Assembly (NCBI GenBank): GCA_036012755.1 | Contig: DASCPX010000189.1 | Location: 1 to 64,000 of the forward strand | DNA length: 64,000 bases | Direction: 5' to 3' | DNA from: Myxococcota bacterium | GTDB lineage: Bacteria; Myxococcota_A; UBA796; CAJQPC01 | The notes under the pieces: model-generated | The model's database searches: none | Told to the model about the DNA's origin: nothing | Seen by the model: only the letters and a program-made list of their open reading frames with translations | In this document: positions 19,321 through 29,351 of the stretch, in pieces | Layout: each line of letters starts with the position of its first letter | Position numbering within the stretch: the first letter of the stretch is position 1 | Made by a program: the position numbers and the translations under genes

Positions 19321-19872
19321 ATGACAGTCCGGCAGCAGAGGAGGGGTGTCTTCCGGCTCATGTTCCTGGCGCTCGTGGTCTTCGCGCTGACCCTGGCCAC
19401 CCGCAGCACGGACGAGCGGGAGCCGGGCCCGGAGGTGCCCCAGGTGCCGCCCGAGACGGTAGACGTGAGACCCATCGAGCCCATCGAAGCCCGCGCTCCG
19501 AGGACCTTCACCGCCGGCGGCAAGACCCACCTCCACCGGCCGGTAGGCTACCTGGACGAGGGCAGCCCCGAGGTCCTGGGGCCGCTGTCGCTCGAAGCGG
19601 CGGTGCGCGCAGTCGAGCCCGCCGTCCAGACCTGCATGCAGCGCTGGTGGATGCTCGATCCGGCGCTCTCCGGCAAGCTGATCGTGGGCTTCGCCATCAC
19701 CACCGAGGGGCTACAGCAGGTCTGGATCGAGGATCACGAGGGCCTGGAAGAGCCCGTGCTCACCTGCTTTTCCGATGCGATTTGGGGATTGCGCGCCTGG
19801 CCTCGGCCAGCGATGGGGGAGACGGTGGTGACCTGGCCGTTTTCCTTCGGCGAGGAGCCGGATGAGGAGTGA
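19321..19872 (+). CDS. AgmX/PglI C-terminal (TonB_C-like) domain membrane protein
   Basis: N-terminal TM; VQTCMQR...DPALSGKLIVGFAI...C...WPRP...VTWPFSF. Confidence 0.75.
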   Translation: MTVRQQRRGVFRLMFLALVVFALTLATRSTDEREPGPEVPQVPPETVDVRPIEPIEARAPRTFTAGGKTHLHRPVGYLDEGSPEVLGPLSLEAAVRAVEPAVQTCMQRWWMLDPALSGKLIVGFAITTEGLQQVWIEDHEGLEEPVLTCFSDAIWGLRAWPRPAMGETVVTWPFSFGEEPDEE

Positions 19873-20539
19873 CTGGGAGGATCTCGACTCGCGGATCCCC
19901 GAGGAGCTTCGCGAGCTCGCGCGGAAGTCCAAGCCTCGTCGGGTGCGTCTCTGCCTCGATCTGCTCGACCGGCGCCTGAAGGGAATCACCGTCATCGGCG
20001 AGGCCATCCACCGCCGCCACAACGTCTCCGCAATCCTCCGCAGCGCAGAGGCCTTCGGGATCCACGAGGCCCACCTCGTCACCAATGACTTCAAGCCCAG
20101 CGTGGGCGCGGCCAAGGGGGCCGAGCGCTGGCTCGAGCTGGTCTTCCACGACACCACGGCCGACTGCTTCGCTGCTCTGCGGGAGCGGGGTCACAGGATC
20201 TGGATCGGTGACCTCGGGGAAGGGGCGGTGCCCCCCTCGGAGGTCCCGGTGGACAGGCCCATCGCGCTGTTGTTCGGCTCGGAGCTCTCCGGGGTCAGCC
20301 CCGAGGCGCGAGAGGCCGCGGACGGCATCGTGCAAGTGCCGATGCGTGGGGTCACCCAGTCGCTGAACGTGAGCGTCGCGGCTGCTCTGACCCTCCACAC
20401 CGTCTGCGAGCGCCGCCGCGCCCAGCCTGGCGCCGTCGGCATCGAGGGCGAGGCGCGCACCCGGTTCCTGCGGCGCTTCCTCGAGCGTGAGAGGAGTCGA
20501 AGGCGCGCAACCACCGCGCTGTGGGGGGGCTCGGAGTAG
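19862..20539 (+). CDS. SpoU/TrmH-family RNA methyltransferase
   Basis: HNVSAILRSAEAFG, FGSELSG, VPMRGVTQSLNVSVAA. Confidence 0.9.
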   Translation: MRSDWEDLDSRIPEELRELARKSKPRRVRLCLDLLDRRLKGITVIGEAIHRRHNVSAILRSAEAFGIHEAHLVTNDFKPSVGAAKGAERWLELVFHDTTADCFAALRERGHRIWIGDLGEGAVPPSEVPVDRPIALLFGSELSGVSPEAREAADGIVQVPMRGVTQSLNVSVAAALTLHTVCERRRAQPGAVGIEGEARTRFLRRFLERERSRRRATTALWGGSE

Positions 20540-20549
20540 CCTCCCAGGC

Positions 20550-22595
20550 ATGTTGCTGTTTTTACTGGCTTGCACGGGCGATGGACCGGGAAGCAGCGAG
20601 GCCGACACCGACTCGGACGGGACCGTCGACTCAGAAGACTGCGCTCCCGAGGACTCGGCGGTCCATCCAGGGGCGGATGAGCTCTGCGACGGCATCGACA
20701 ACGACTGCGACGGGGAGACCGACGGCGCCGACGCGGTCGACATCGTCACCTGGTACGCCGACAACGACGGCGACGGCTACGGCGACGACGAGGGGGCGGT
20801 GCAGATCGCCTGCGAGCAACCCAGCGGCTACAGCTCGGAGGCGGGCGACTGCGACGACTCCGACGCGGACGTGACCCCGGCGACGAACTGGTACCCGGAC
20901 ATCGACGGAGACGGCTATGGCGACGAGGCCAGCCCGATCCAGGCCTGCGAGCAGCCAGCCGCTGTCTACATCCTCGTCGGTGGAGACTGCTTCGACGGCA
21001 GCGTCGATGTCCACCCGGGCGCCGACGAGTACTGCGACGGCGTGGACTCCGACTGCGACGGGGAGCTCGACGAGGGGGACGCGCTGGACGCCGTCTTGTA
21101 CTACGTCGACTCCGACGGTGACGGCTACGGCGGTGATGATGGAGCGATCGCTTCTTGCACGCCCTTGTCCGGCTACGGCACCGAGGGCGGCGACTGTGAC
21201 GACGAGAACGCGGAGGCCTATCCGGGCTCCACGCATCGCGAGGTACCCTTCGACGGCTCCGACACCGACTGCGACGGCAACGACTTCTGTACGGACCTCG
21301 ACTGCGACGGGCTCCCGGACGTGGTCATTCCCATCCAGTACAGCGGCTCCAGCTACGCAGCGGACTCCTGGGTCTACTTCGGCAAGGGCGACTACCTCAC
21401 CGACACCGCCAGGCGAGCCCTCCCGACCAACTACGGACGGAACGCCATCGCAGAGGACATCGACGGTGACGGCTACGTCGATGTCGTCTTCGCCCAGTAC
21501 TACGACGGCTCGACCTACGAGGTCCCGAGCCGCATCTACTGGGGCACCGACGGCGGGCCGCGGGACTCCATCTACACCGATCTCGCCGTCTACGGCGCCT
21601 ACGACGTGATCGCAGAGGACCTCGACTCCGACGGCGACGTAGACCTCGCCTTCGCGTCCCACTACGACGGGGACTACGAGACCGTCTCCGCGATCTACTG
21701 GGGACCGGACTTCGCCGAGGAGAGTCGCACGGAGATCGCCACCACAGGCGCCGTCCGGCTCGGGACCGGGGACCTGGATGGGGACGGGAACACGGATCTC
21801 GCCATCTGTCAGTACAAGAGCGACTCCAGCTACAGCATCGACAGCCAGGTCCTGCTCGGACCCGAGTTCGTCGAGTCCGTCGGCCTCGCCACGATCGGCT
21901 GTCGGGATGTCCTCATCGATGACCTCAACGGGGACGGGTGGGCCGACGTCGTCTTCGCCAGCCACTACGGCGGCAGCTCCTATTCGACCTCTTCCTACGT
22001 CTACTGGGGCTACGAAGGGGGCCCCTCCACCGCATACCGGGCGAGCCTCCCGACCCACGGTTCGGCCGACGTCGAGGTCGGCGATGTCGACGGTGATGGC
22101 TGGGACGACCTCGTCTTCAGCGCGTGGATAGCGGGCACCTCGTCCTCGTCGACGGCCTACATCTACACCTACTACGGCAGCTCACTGGGCTTCTCCAGCG
22201 AGGTGGTGGACACCCTCGCGCTCAAGTACGTCTGGGACCTCGAGCTCGCGGACCTCGACGGCGACGGCTGGCTCGACCTGTTGACGCCCGTGTACCACAC
22301 GGGCTCGAGCTACAGCACGACCAGCTACCTCTGGTGGGGTGGCGAGGAGGGCTGGTCCAGCGAGGATCGGACCGACTTCGAGACCTTCGGCTCCGCGGGC
22401 TGCGGGGTCGGCGACATGGACTCCGACGGCATGGTCGACCTCGTGTTCGGCTCCTACTACGGCGGGACCTGGTCGAGCCCGAGCGACAGCTACGTCTACT
22501 GGTCGAGCGACGACTACTCCGACCCCGACGTGCTCGAGACCTACGGAAACTGGGGCAAGCCGCTCATCGTCGGTTCCAAGACGCCCGAGCTGTAG
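20550..22595 (+). CDS. Lipoprotein with MopE-type repeats and an FG-GAP beta-propeller
   Basis: MLLFLLAC; repeated WYxDxDGDGYG and ExCDGxDNDCDG; about seven DxDGDGxxDLVF repeats. Confidence 0.88.
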   Translation: MLLFLLACTGDGPGSSEADTDSDGTVDSEDCAPEDSAVHPGADELCDGIDNDCDGETDGADAVDIVTWYADNDGDGYGDDEGAVQIACEQPSGYSSEAGDCDDSDADVTPATNWYPDIDGDGYGDEASPIQACEQPAAVYILVGGDCFDGSVDVHPGADEYCDGVDSDCDGELDEGDALDAVLYYVDSDGDGYGGDDGAIASCTPLSGYGTEGGDCDDENAEAYPGSTHREVPFDGSDTDCDGNDFCTDLDCDGLPDVVIPIQYSGSSYAADSWVYFGKGDYLTDTARRALPTNYGRNAIAEDIDGDGYVDVVFAQYYDGSTYEVPSRIYWGTDGGPRDSIYTDLAVYGAYDVIAEDLDSDGDVDLAFASHYDGDYETVSAIYWGPDFAEESRTEIATTGAVRLGTGDLDGDGNTDLAICQYKSDSSYSIDSQVLLGPEFVESVGLATIGCRDVLIDDLNGDGWADVVFASHYGGSSYSTSSYVYWGYEGGPSTAYRASLPTHGSADVEVGDVDGDGWDDLVFSAWIAGTSSSSTAYIYTYYGSSLGFSSEVVDTLALKYVWDLELADLDGDGWLDLLTPVYHTGSSYSTTSYLWWGGEEGWSSEDRTDFETFGSAGCGVGDMDSDGMVDLVFGSYYGGTWSSPSDSYVYWSSDDYSDPDVLETYGNWGKPLIVGSKTPEL

Positions 22596-22598
22596 GCC

Positions 22599-23936
22599 CT
22601 AGGCGACGACGCCCGGGAAGGCCTCGCGCAGCAGCCCGATCCGGGGGTCTCCGCGCTGCAGGCCGGCGCCGAGGTTCTTGACCATGTCCACCATGCGGCC
22701 GTCCTCTACGTTGCGGGCGGACAGGGCCTCCAGGTAGCCGTCGAACCAGCCGGGGCTCTTGTTGTTCCGCTTGATTCGGGCGAGGAGTTCACTGGCTCGC
22801 TGGGGGTCCTGGCGGTCTTCGAGGTAGAGCTGCGCGAGCATGCGCCCTGCCTCGACGTCGAAGGGGAGGCTGCCACACCGGCCGGTCGTGCAGTTGCTGG
22901 TCAGCCCGGCTTCGAGGACCTGCATCGCCTCGAGACGCTTGCCCGCCTTGAGGCGGCAGCGGGCCATCAGCTTGTAGAGCACCATCACCTTCGGGTGGTG
23001 GCGGATGGTCAGGCGGGCCACCTCGTCGGCCTCGGCGTGCTGGCCCAGGGACTCCATGAGCATGGCCTTGTTGACCAGCAGCGAGACGTCTGCGCCGTCG
23101 CGACGCAGGCTGTCGTCCAGGACCGCCAGGGCCTCTTGCCGTCGGGCCTGTGCAGCCAGCGCGCTGGCCAGCAGGACAGCGGTGTGGGTGTCGCCGATGC
23201 GCCTGTGGCCTCCTTCCTCCTTTGCGAAGGCGACGAGGTCGCTCTCTGCCATGTCGGGCATGCCGGCCATCGACGCTGCTCGGGCCCTCTCGAAGCGGGC
23301 GACGCTGTCGACAGTGACGAAGCGGCCCAGGACCTCGACGGCGTGCTCGGGAGTGCCGTCCTCGATGGCCAGGACCGCCGTGGCGAAGTCAGGGCCGAGG
23401 CCGGCCATGCGCTTGCCGAAGTCCTCTGGGTAGCGCTCTAGCAACAGCGCGAAGCGCAGCCGGGGATCGTCGGGGGGCAGGCTGTAGAGGGGGTCTTCGA
23501 TCTCCGGCGCGGGTCCGCCCTCGCCAGCCGTCGGTGTCGGGGCGCCCCCGCCGAGAGCACCCCCGAAGACGCCCCCGGGGGACTCGATGGGCCGGCTCTC
23601 TGGCGCCTGGTCGCGCTTGGCGGCCTGGCGGACCTCTCGCACCGCGCGCCGAGCCCCGCGCACCTCCGGGTCGCCAGACTCGGCGAAGCTCGCCGCGAGC
23701 TCGAGGTGCTCCTTGGCGGCCTCAAGGTTCCCGGCGTTGGCGCAGGCGACGGCCTCCTCGATGTTGCGCTGCTTGAGGCCCTCGTTCGCGGCGCCTCGGA
23801 GGCGCAGGGCGCGACTGCCGTCGATGCCGTCGATCTCGTCGCGAGCCATGCGGTACTCGCCGTCCGCGAGCAGGCGCTCGGCCTTCGCGAGGCGATCCTC
23901 GGTCGAGGGGAACAGCCAGGACAGCAGACCCATCAC
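22599..23936 (-). CDS. TPR-repeat protein
   Basis: Repeated Ala/Leu helical TPR-like patterns; coupled to def. Confidence 0.75.
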   Translation of the reverse strand: MMGLLSWLFPSTEDRLAKAERLLADGEYRMARDEIDGIDGSRALRLRGAANEGLKQRNIEEAVACANAGNLEAAKEHLELAASFAESGDPEVRGARRAVREVRQAAKRDQAPESRPIESPGGVFGGALGGGAPTPTAGEGGPAPEIEDPLYSLPPDDPRLRFALLLERYPEDFGKRMAGLGPDFATAVLAIEDGTPEHAVEVLGRFVTVDSVARFERARAASMAGMPDMAESDLVAFAKEEGGHRRIGDTHTAVLLASALAAQARRQEALAVLDDSLRRDGADVSLLVNKAMLMESLGQHAEADEVARLTIRHHPKVMVLYKLMARCRLKAGKRLEAMQVLEAGLTSNCTTGRCGSLPFDVEAGRMLAQLYLEDRQDPQRASELLARIKRNNKSPGWFDGYLEALSARNVEDGRMVDMVKNLGAGLQRGDPRIGLLREAFPGVVA

Positions 23937-24463
23937 TCCTCTCCTTCGGCGAAGAGCTCGTCGAGCGGGCCCCAGCGCCGGTACTCGGTCAAGAAGGCCA
24001 ATGTACGCGGATCGGCGTGGTCCACGTAGAGGATCCCATCGAGGTGGTCACACTCGTGCTGGATCACGGTGGCGTCGTAGCCCTCGAGCACGATGTCGAC
24101 CTCTGCTCCGGATCCATCCCAGGCCTGGAGCCTGACCTTGTTCGGGCGCTCTACTGCGCCCCGCATGCCCTCGACCGAGAGGCAGCCTTCGTAGCTTCGA
24201 CGGAGCTCGTCTGTGAGCGGCGTGACCACGGGGTTGATGAAGCAGTGCAGCACCTCGTCGTCACCGAGCTCGACGAGCAGCAGTCGAACCGGCGTGTGGA
24301 CCTGGGGTGCGGCGAGCCCCGCGCCGTCGTACTCCTCGAGGGTCTGCTTCATGTCGGAGATGAGCTGCTGGACCGGCGCGGCGCGGATCGCCTCCACCGG
24401 GATCGGGTCGGCCAGCACCCGCAGGATCGGGTGGCCCATCTGCGCAACCTTCAGGATCGCCAT
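23933..24463 (-). CDS. def: Peptide deformylase
   Basis: GAGLAAPQ, EGCLS, QHECDHLDG. Confidence 0.96.
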   Translation of the reverse strand: MAILKVAQMGHPILRVLADPIPVEAIRAAPVQQLISDMKQTLEEYDGAGLAAPQVHTPVRLLLVELGDDEVLHCFINPVVTPLTDELRRSYEGCLSVEGMRGAVERPNKVRLQAWDGSGAEVDIVLEGYDATVIQHECDHLDGILYVDHADPRTLAFLTEYRRWGPLDELFAEGEE

Positions 24464-24540
24464 CGCCTACGCCTAACCGGCTTGCGCGGGTGCGCGGCCG
24501 TGCTAACTTCCGCGCCCAATTCGTCTTCGAGGAGAGCAAC

Positions 24541-24798
24541 GTGGCAGACCCGACCGAAAAGTGGGAAGACAACCTCCCGGGAAAAGTCACCATCGACGGG
24601 AACACCGTCTCCTTCTACGTCGACAAGGAGTGCATCCTCTGCTCGGTCTGCTCGGACGCCGCGCCGAACAACTTCCGCATGAGCGACGACGAGGACCACG
24701 ACATCTGCTACAAGCAGCCGGATGGCGAGGACGAGCTGGAGCAGTGCAACGAGGCGATGGAGAACTGCCCGGTCGAGGCCATCGGCGACGACGGCTAG
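24541..24798 (+). CDS. Single-cluster [4Fe-4S] ferredoxin
   Basis: GAGGAG before GTG 24541; CILCSVC...CPVEAI. Confidence 0.88.
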   Translation: MADPTEKWEDNLPGKVTIDGNTVSFYVDKECILCSVCSDAAPNNFRMSDDEDHDICYKQPDGEDELEQCNEAMENCPVEAIGDDG

Positions 24799-25676
24799 TG
24801 CCCCTCGGCTTGCTCCCGTAGAGCCCTGATCTGCGGGTCTTCTGGGATGCCGTCGTCGAGGTTGATCTGACGATCGACGAGCACCCCGCGATCCCAGTCG
24901 ATGCGCAGCTCACCGAGCCGCGTGGTCTCGTACTGCGCTCGGACCAGGACGGCCTCGTCGATGTCGACGGGCGCGAAGAAGCCCTGGTGCCTCGCGGCGT
25001 CGATCACGATGTCCACGTCGCCTCGCCAGACGATGCCGCTGACGGCCTCTGGCATTCCCCAGGTCATCAGGACCACGACATCGGCGTCGAGCTCCTCGAT
25101 CGCCGCGAGGGCGCCCTCGACCGGGTCGTAGAGGCGCCGTCCGGCCACGAAAGCGATGGATCCTGGAGCGCCGACGGCCACGACGCCGAGGGTGTGGCCG
25201 TCGAGCTCGAAGAGGCGGGAGGGCGTGACGCCCTCGACGTTCGCGGAGATTGCCCAGGGGGGGATCTCGTCTCCGAGAGCGGGCAGGTCGTGCACCGTCA
25301 GGTTCGCGGCGTCGACCCCCAGGGCCTCGAAGGCCTCGAGCAGGATCCGGTTGTTCTCCGTGGCCTCTTCCCGGTCGTCGAGCCAGTAGCCGTCGAAGAA
25401 CAGCAGGTGGTGGGCGTCGGTCCGGCGCTCCGATGCGCGCACGTAGGAGGCGACCCTCCCGAGACCGCCCCGCGGGCGCTGGCCGCAACCGCATGGGCCG
25501 AGGTTGCCCTCGAGCTCACCCCCGTAGAAGAGCACCAGGTCGGCGTCGACGTTCGAGACGCGCTGCTCCAGCGTGCCCCCGAGGACGAGCTCGCTGCGCT
25601 CCCGCTCCACGACGTGTGCTTCCGTCGGTGGAGACTTCGTCAGGGAGTTGGGTGTGCAGGCCAGCCACCAGAGCAT
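24795..25676 (-). CDS. 5'-nucleotidase/UshA-like metallophosphoesterase-fold lipoprotein with degenerate motifs
   Basis: GNLGPCGC...RGGLGR, DAANLTVHD, ISANV, LGELRI. Confidence 0.7.
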   Translation of the reverse strand: MLWWLACTPNSLTKSPPTEAHVVERERSELVLGGTLEQRVSNVDADLVLFYGGELEGNLGPCGCGQRPRGGLGRVASYVRASERRTDAHHLLFFDGYWLDDREEATENNRILLEAFEALGVDAANLTVHDLPALGDEIPPWAISANVEGVTPSRLFELDGHTLGVVAVGAPGSIAFVAGRRLYDPVEGALAAIEELDADVVVLMTWGMPEAVSGIVWRGDVDIVIDAARHQGFFAPVDIDEAVLVRAQYETTRLGELRIDWDRGVLVDRQINLDDGIPEDPQIRALREQAEGH

Positions 25677-25699
25677 GAGGGGATGATAGGTCGGTGGCG

Positions 25700-26911
25700 A
25701 TGAAACGGGCGGTCCTCGGCGTTGTGGTGGCAGTCGGCCTGCTGCTCCACGTCGTGCAGCTGGTCGATGGCTGGGACAGGGTGCGCGATGCCGGCCACGG
25801 GCGCGACTTCGCCAGCTACCACTACGCGGTGAAGGCCGCGGCAGAGGGCCAGGACCCCTACGACAAGACCGCCCTGTCAGCCCTCGCCAAAGCCGAGGGC
25901 ACGAGAAACGCGGTGCATCCCTACTTCTACCCGCCGCCGTTTCTGCTCACGATGGCGTGGGTGCTGCCGCTGTCCCTGGAGGCCGCCTACGAGACGTGGT
26001 TCTGGCTCGACTCCCTCTTCCTCCTGGCTGCCCTGCTGGCCCTCGTGAAGTGGCGGCCGGGTGTACCAGCCATCGCCATGGGCGCGGTGCTCCTCGCGAG
26101 CTTCACACCGCTGATCAACAACCACGTCATGGGTCAGGCGAACCTCCCGGTCGTGGCCCTGGTGGCCTGCGGGATGCTGGCGGAGCGAAGAGGCCGGGGG
26201 GTGCTCGGTGGCGTGCTCGTCGGTGTCGCCTGCATGCTCAAGATGAGCCCTGGACTGTTGGTCCTGTGGTGGCTCGTCCGCCGCCAGTTCAGACCGGCGG
26301 CTGCTGCCTGTGTGACCGCGGTCGTGCTCACCCTCGCGTCGCTTCCGTTGGTCGGGCTCGATGGCCAGCTGCACTTCTACACCGACGTGCTCCCTGGCCT
26401 CGGCGAGGGCGACTACAACGGCCTCACCGTCGAGATCGCCATGTTCGGGAACCACTCGATCCCGAACTTCTTCGCCCAGCTGTGGCCGGGTGGGCGGACC
26501 ACCCTGTCGATGGCCGCCCGCGTCGGGAGCGGCATCACCTCCCTGGGGCTCGTCGCCGGGGCATTCTGGTGGCTGCGTGAGCCGGCGGACGACCTCGACC
26601 ACCTCTCGGCGCTGGGCGCGCTGGTGGTGCTGATGCTCGTCGTGCCGGTCTACACCTACGAGCACCACGTCGTCTTCGCCGTGATCCCCTGGGTAGCGGT
26701 GGCCTGCGCGGTCTGGGAGGGGCGGCTCCATAGAGGCTGGATCGCGGCCCTGGCCCCTGCCTACGTGGTCGCGGCCTGGCAGCTCAGCCACTGGAAGGTG
26801 GTGGCGCTGGCCCAGGGGCCGCTGTCGGAGTGGGCGATGCAGGAAGCGAAGTCCCTCTCGCTGCTGTTGCTGGGCGTCGCCTGCCTGCTATCTGTCAGGC
26901 GCTCTCGGTGA
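25700..26911 (+). CDS. GT87/DUF2029 membrane glycosyltransferase
   Basis: DFASYH, DPYD, YFYPPPFL, GQAN, KMSPG, YEHH; multiple TM helices. Confidence 0.85.
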   Translation: MKRAVLGVVVAVGLLLHVVQLVDGWDRVRDAGHGRDFASYHYAVKAAAEGQDPYDKTALSALAKAEGTRNAVHPYFYPPPFLLTMAWVLPLSLEAAYETWFWLDSLFLLAALLALVKWRPGVPAIAMGAVLLASFTPLINNHVMGQANLPVVALVACGMLAERRGRGVLGGVLVGVACMLKMSPGLLVLWWLVRRQFRPAAAACVTAVVLTLASLPLVGLDGQLHFYTDVLPGLGEGDYNGLTVEIAMFGNHSIPNFFAQLWPGGRTTLSMAARVGSGITSLGLVAGAFWWLREPADDLDHLSALGALVVLMLVVPVYTYEHHVVFAVIPWVAVACAVWEGRLHRGWIAALAPAYVVAAWQLSHWKVVALAQGPLSEWAMQEAKSLSLLLLGVACLLSVRRSR

Positions 26912-27370
26912 TCATCACGATGGCGCGGCGCCACTGGACCAACAGGCCTTCGTGCTGTGGCACCTTGGAGAAGAGCTCCTTTCGTGCGCTCAGGATGACG
27001 TCGCTGTCACGCTCCTCCGGCTCCTGGCAAGCCCACTGGTACAACATCCAGCGGGCCTCGAGGACTGCCTTGGCGGCCTCGGGCTCGACCTCGAAGGCCT
27101 CGACCGGGATCTGGCTCTTGAGCAGCGATCGTGCCGGATCTTCCTCGCACACGGGCCGCTCGGCGACGCGGCTCCTGATCGACGCGACGGCTGGCAGGTG
27201 CATGAGATGGAGATCGTCCAGATCCTCCTCCTCATCCGACTTCACGAGCTTCAGCGGTTCGATCATCTCGATGTCCTCGTCCTCGAGGTCGAGAAAACCG
27301 ACGTCCTGGCTGTCTTCTTCGCTGTCTTCAGTCAGTTCTTCTTCGAACTTCCGGGCGGCATTGGAGCTCA
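26895..27370 (-). CDS. Acidic hypothetical protein
   Basis: Coding-like ORF with a Glu/Asp-rich N-terminus; start uncertain. Confidence 0.6.
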
Positions 27371-27472
27371 TGGGCACCTCGTTCACGCCGGGGATCGGAA
27401 CGGGGGCTTGACACCCTTAGCCCTCGTCGACACCAGACTGTCGGATGCAGGGCGATCACAGAGGACACCGAC

Positions 27473-28204
27473 ATGGTCTGGCTTCTCGCGTGTACGGGCT
27501 CCGATCCCGACGACACACCCGACTCCACGGCGGACACTCACGACAGCGTCGCGGAGTTCACGCCTCCGGACTGGTGCCCCGCTCCCGAGTCCGGGAGGCA
27601 GGACGTCACCACCACCGACGGCAGCCCCTACTACGTGCAGCATCCCGAGGGTGACGGGCTCGACGCCCCCATCGTCGTCTTCCTGCCGGGCGGCAACGGC
27701 AAGGGCGGCGCCAACGGGCACGCGACCGCCTCCTGGGGTGCCTTCTTCGACGGCGACCCCCGGGGCTACCGGCTGGTGATGCCCTATGTCGAGGGCAATG
27801 ACTACCCCCAGACCGACGTGCCGGATGTCGAGGCGGTGCTCGACGAGGTCCTCGCCTGCTTCGGCGGTGACGGCTCGCGGGTCCACCTCGCAGGGCACAG
27901 CAACGGTGGCTACCTCGCCTACAACGTCGTCGGCCCCGATCTCGCCGAGCGCTTCCTCAGCATCACCGGGGCCCCCGCCTACTTCGTGCAGTTCAAGTCC
28001 AACAAGCTCGAGGGCCTGGCCTTCCACAACTCCGCGGGCGAGACCGACACCGCCTGGCTCGGCTACATGGAGGACGCTCACGCGCAGCTGGAAGACGCTG
28101 GCTTCGAGAGCGAGCTCACGGTCTGGCCGGGCGAGGGGCACACACCGTCAGCCAGCTGGGATGGCCGCGACGGCATGTTCGCGTTCTGGGACGAGCACCA
28201 GTAG
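27473..28204 (+). CDS. Alpha/beta-hydrolase lipoprotein
   Basis: MVWLLAC; GHSNGG nucleophile elbow; GETD; GEGH. Confidence 0.85.
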   Translation: MVWLLACTGSDPDDTPDSTADTHDSVAEFTPPDWCPAPESGRQDVTTTDGSPYYVQHPEGDGLDAPIVVFLPGGNGKGGANGHATASWGAFFDGDPRGYRLVMPYVEGNDYPQTDVPDVEAVLDEVLACFGGDGSRVHLAGHSNGGYLAYNVVGPDLAERFLSITGAPAYFVQFKSNKLEGLAFHNSAGETDTAWLGYMEDAHAQLEDAGFESELTVWPGEGHTPSASWDGRDGMFAFWDEHQ

Positions 28205-28212
28205 CGGCGCGC

Positions 28213-29304
28213 TCAGGTCAGGGCGCTGCTCAACCTGATGAAGTCATGGTCGGCTCCAGCGAGGCGCTCCCTGGCCAGCTCGATGTGCTCGGCTTCTTCG
28301 ATGCCGATCCAGCGGCGGCCGGTCTGCTCGGCGACCGCAGCGGTCGTGCCCGAGCCGAGGAAGCAGTCCACGACGAGGTCGCCCGGGTCGCTCGCCAGCT
28401 CCAGGCAGCGCCGCAGGAGTCGCTCGGGCTTCTTGCCGTACTTGAAGCGCACGCCGCCCTCTCGCGCGATGCCTTCCCAGGAGATGTCGGTCCAGACATT
28501 GGTCAGCGGCCGTGAGGCGGTCCGCTTGCCGTCGATGACCCGGACCTGCTTCGCGTAGAAGAGCAGCTGCTGGCCGCGCAGCACGTGCTGGGGCTCGCGT
28601 CCCTGGCGCTCCAGGACGTGGACGCGGTCAGGATCGGCCTTGCTCCTCGCCTTGAGAGCCCTGATGGCCTTGCCCGACTTCGTATCGGAGATCGAGGCCA
28701 GCCTGCAGACCTGCTCGCAGTGTTCGACGCGGAGCTCGTCGGGGTCCACGCCGCGCTCGCGGGCGACCTCGCCCAGAGGTCGAAAGCGCCAGGCAGTGAC
28801 GTCGTCGGCGGGGTTTTCGAGCCACATCGAGTAGGCGCGGTCAGGGGGCCTCGGCACGCGCTGGGTGTTCCAGCGGAAGCGCTCACGGTCCTTTGCGTAC
28901 CAGAGCAGGTACTCGCTGGCCTTGAACAGCCCCCGGTTGACCGTTGAGAACTGAGAGGGCGGTCGCGCATCGATCGTGATGCGGTTGACGAAGTTGGCCT
29001 CGCCGAAGACCGAATCGAGCAACAGCCGCAGGCGGTCCATCTCGTTGTCGTCGATCTGGACGAAGAGCGAGCCCTCTGGCGAGAGCAGCTCACGCAACCC
29101 ACGGGTCGTGCTGCGCATCAACTCCAGCCAGTCCTCTCGGCTCCTGGCGTCGTCGTAGCGCTGGCCGCGACCCGCCTTGTTGCCCGTGTTGTAGGGGGGG
29201 TCGATCCATGCGCATCGGGCCCTGCCGCGGAAGGTGGGCAGCAGGGCCTCGAGGGCTTCGCGCGAGTCGCCGTGGACGAGGTGGTTCTTCGCGGGATCGA
29301 ACAT
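28213..29304 (-). CDS. N6-adenine/N4-cytosine DNA methyltransferase, beta class (type III Mod-like)
   Basis: IDPPYNTG, FVQIDDNE, KKPERLLRR, DCFLGSGTTAAVA. Confidence 0.9.
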   Translation of the reverse strand: MFDPAKNHLVHGDSREALEALLPTFRGRARCAWIDPPYNTGNKAGRGQRYDDARSREDWLELMRSTTRGLRELLSPEGSLFVQIDDNEMDRLRLLLDSVFGEANFVNRITIDARPPSQFSTVNRGLFKASEYLLWYAKDRERFRWNTQRVPRPPDRAYSMWLENPADDVTAWRFRPLGEVARERGVDPDELRVEHCEQVCRLASISDTKSGKAIRALKARSKADPDRVHVLERQGREPQHVLRGQQLLFYAKQVRVIDGKRTASRPLTNVWTDISWEGIAREGGVRFKYGKKPERLLRRCLELASDPGDLVVDCFLGSGTTAAVAEQTGRRWIGIEEAEHIELARERLAGADHDFIRLSSALT

Positions 29305-29351
29305 GCGCAACCGGTAACGCCTCGCTCGTGCCCTGGTGTCCAAGGGGGCAG

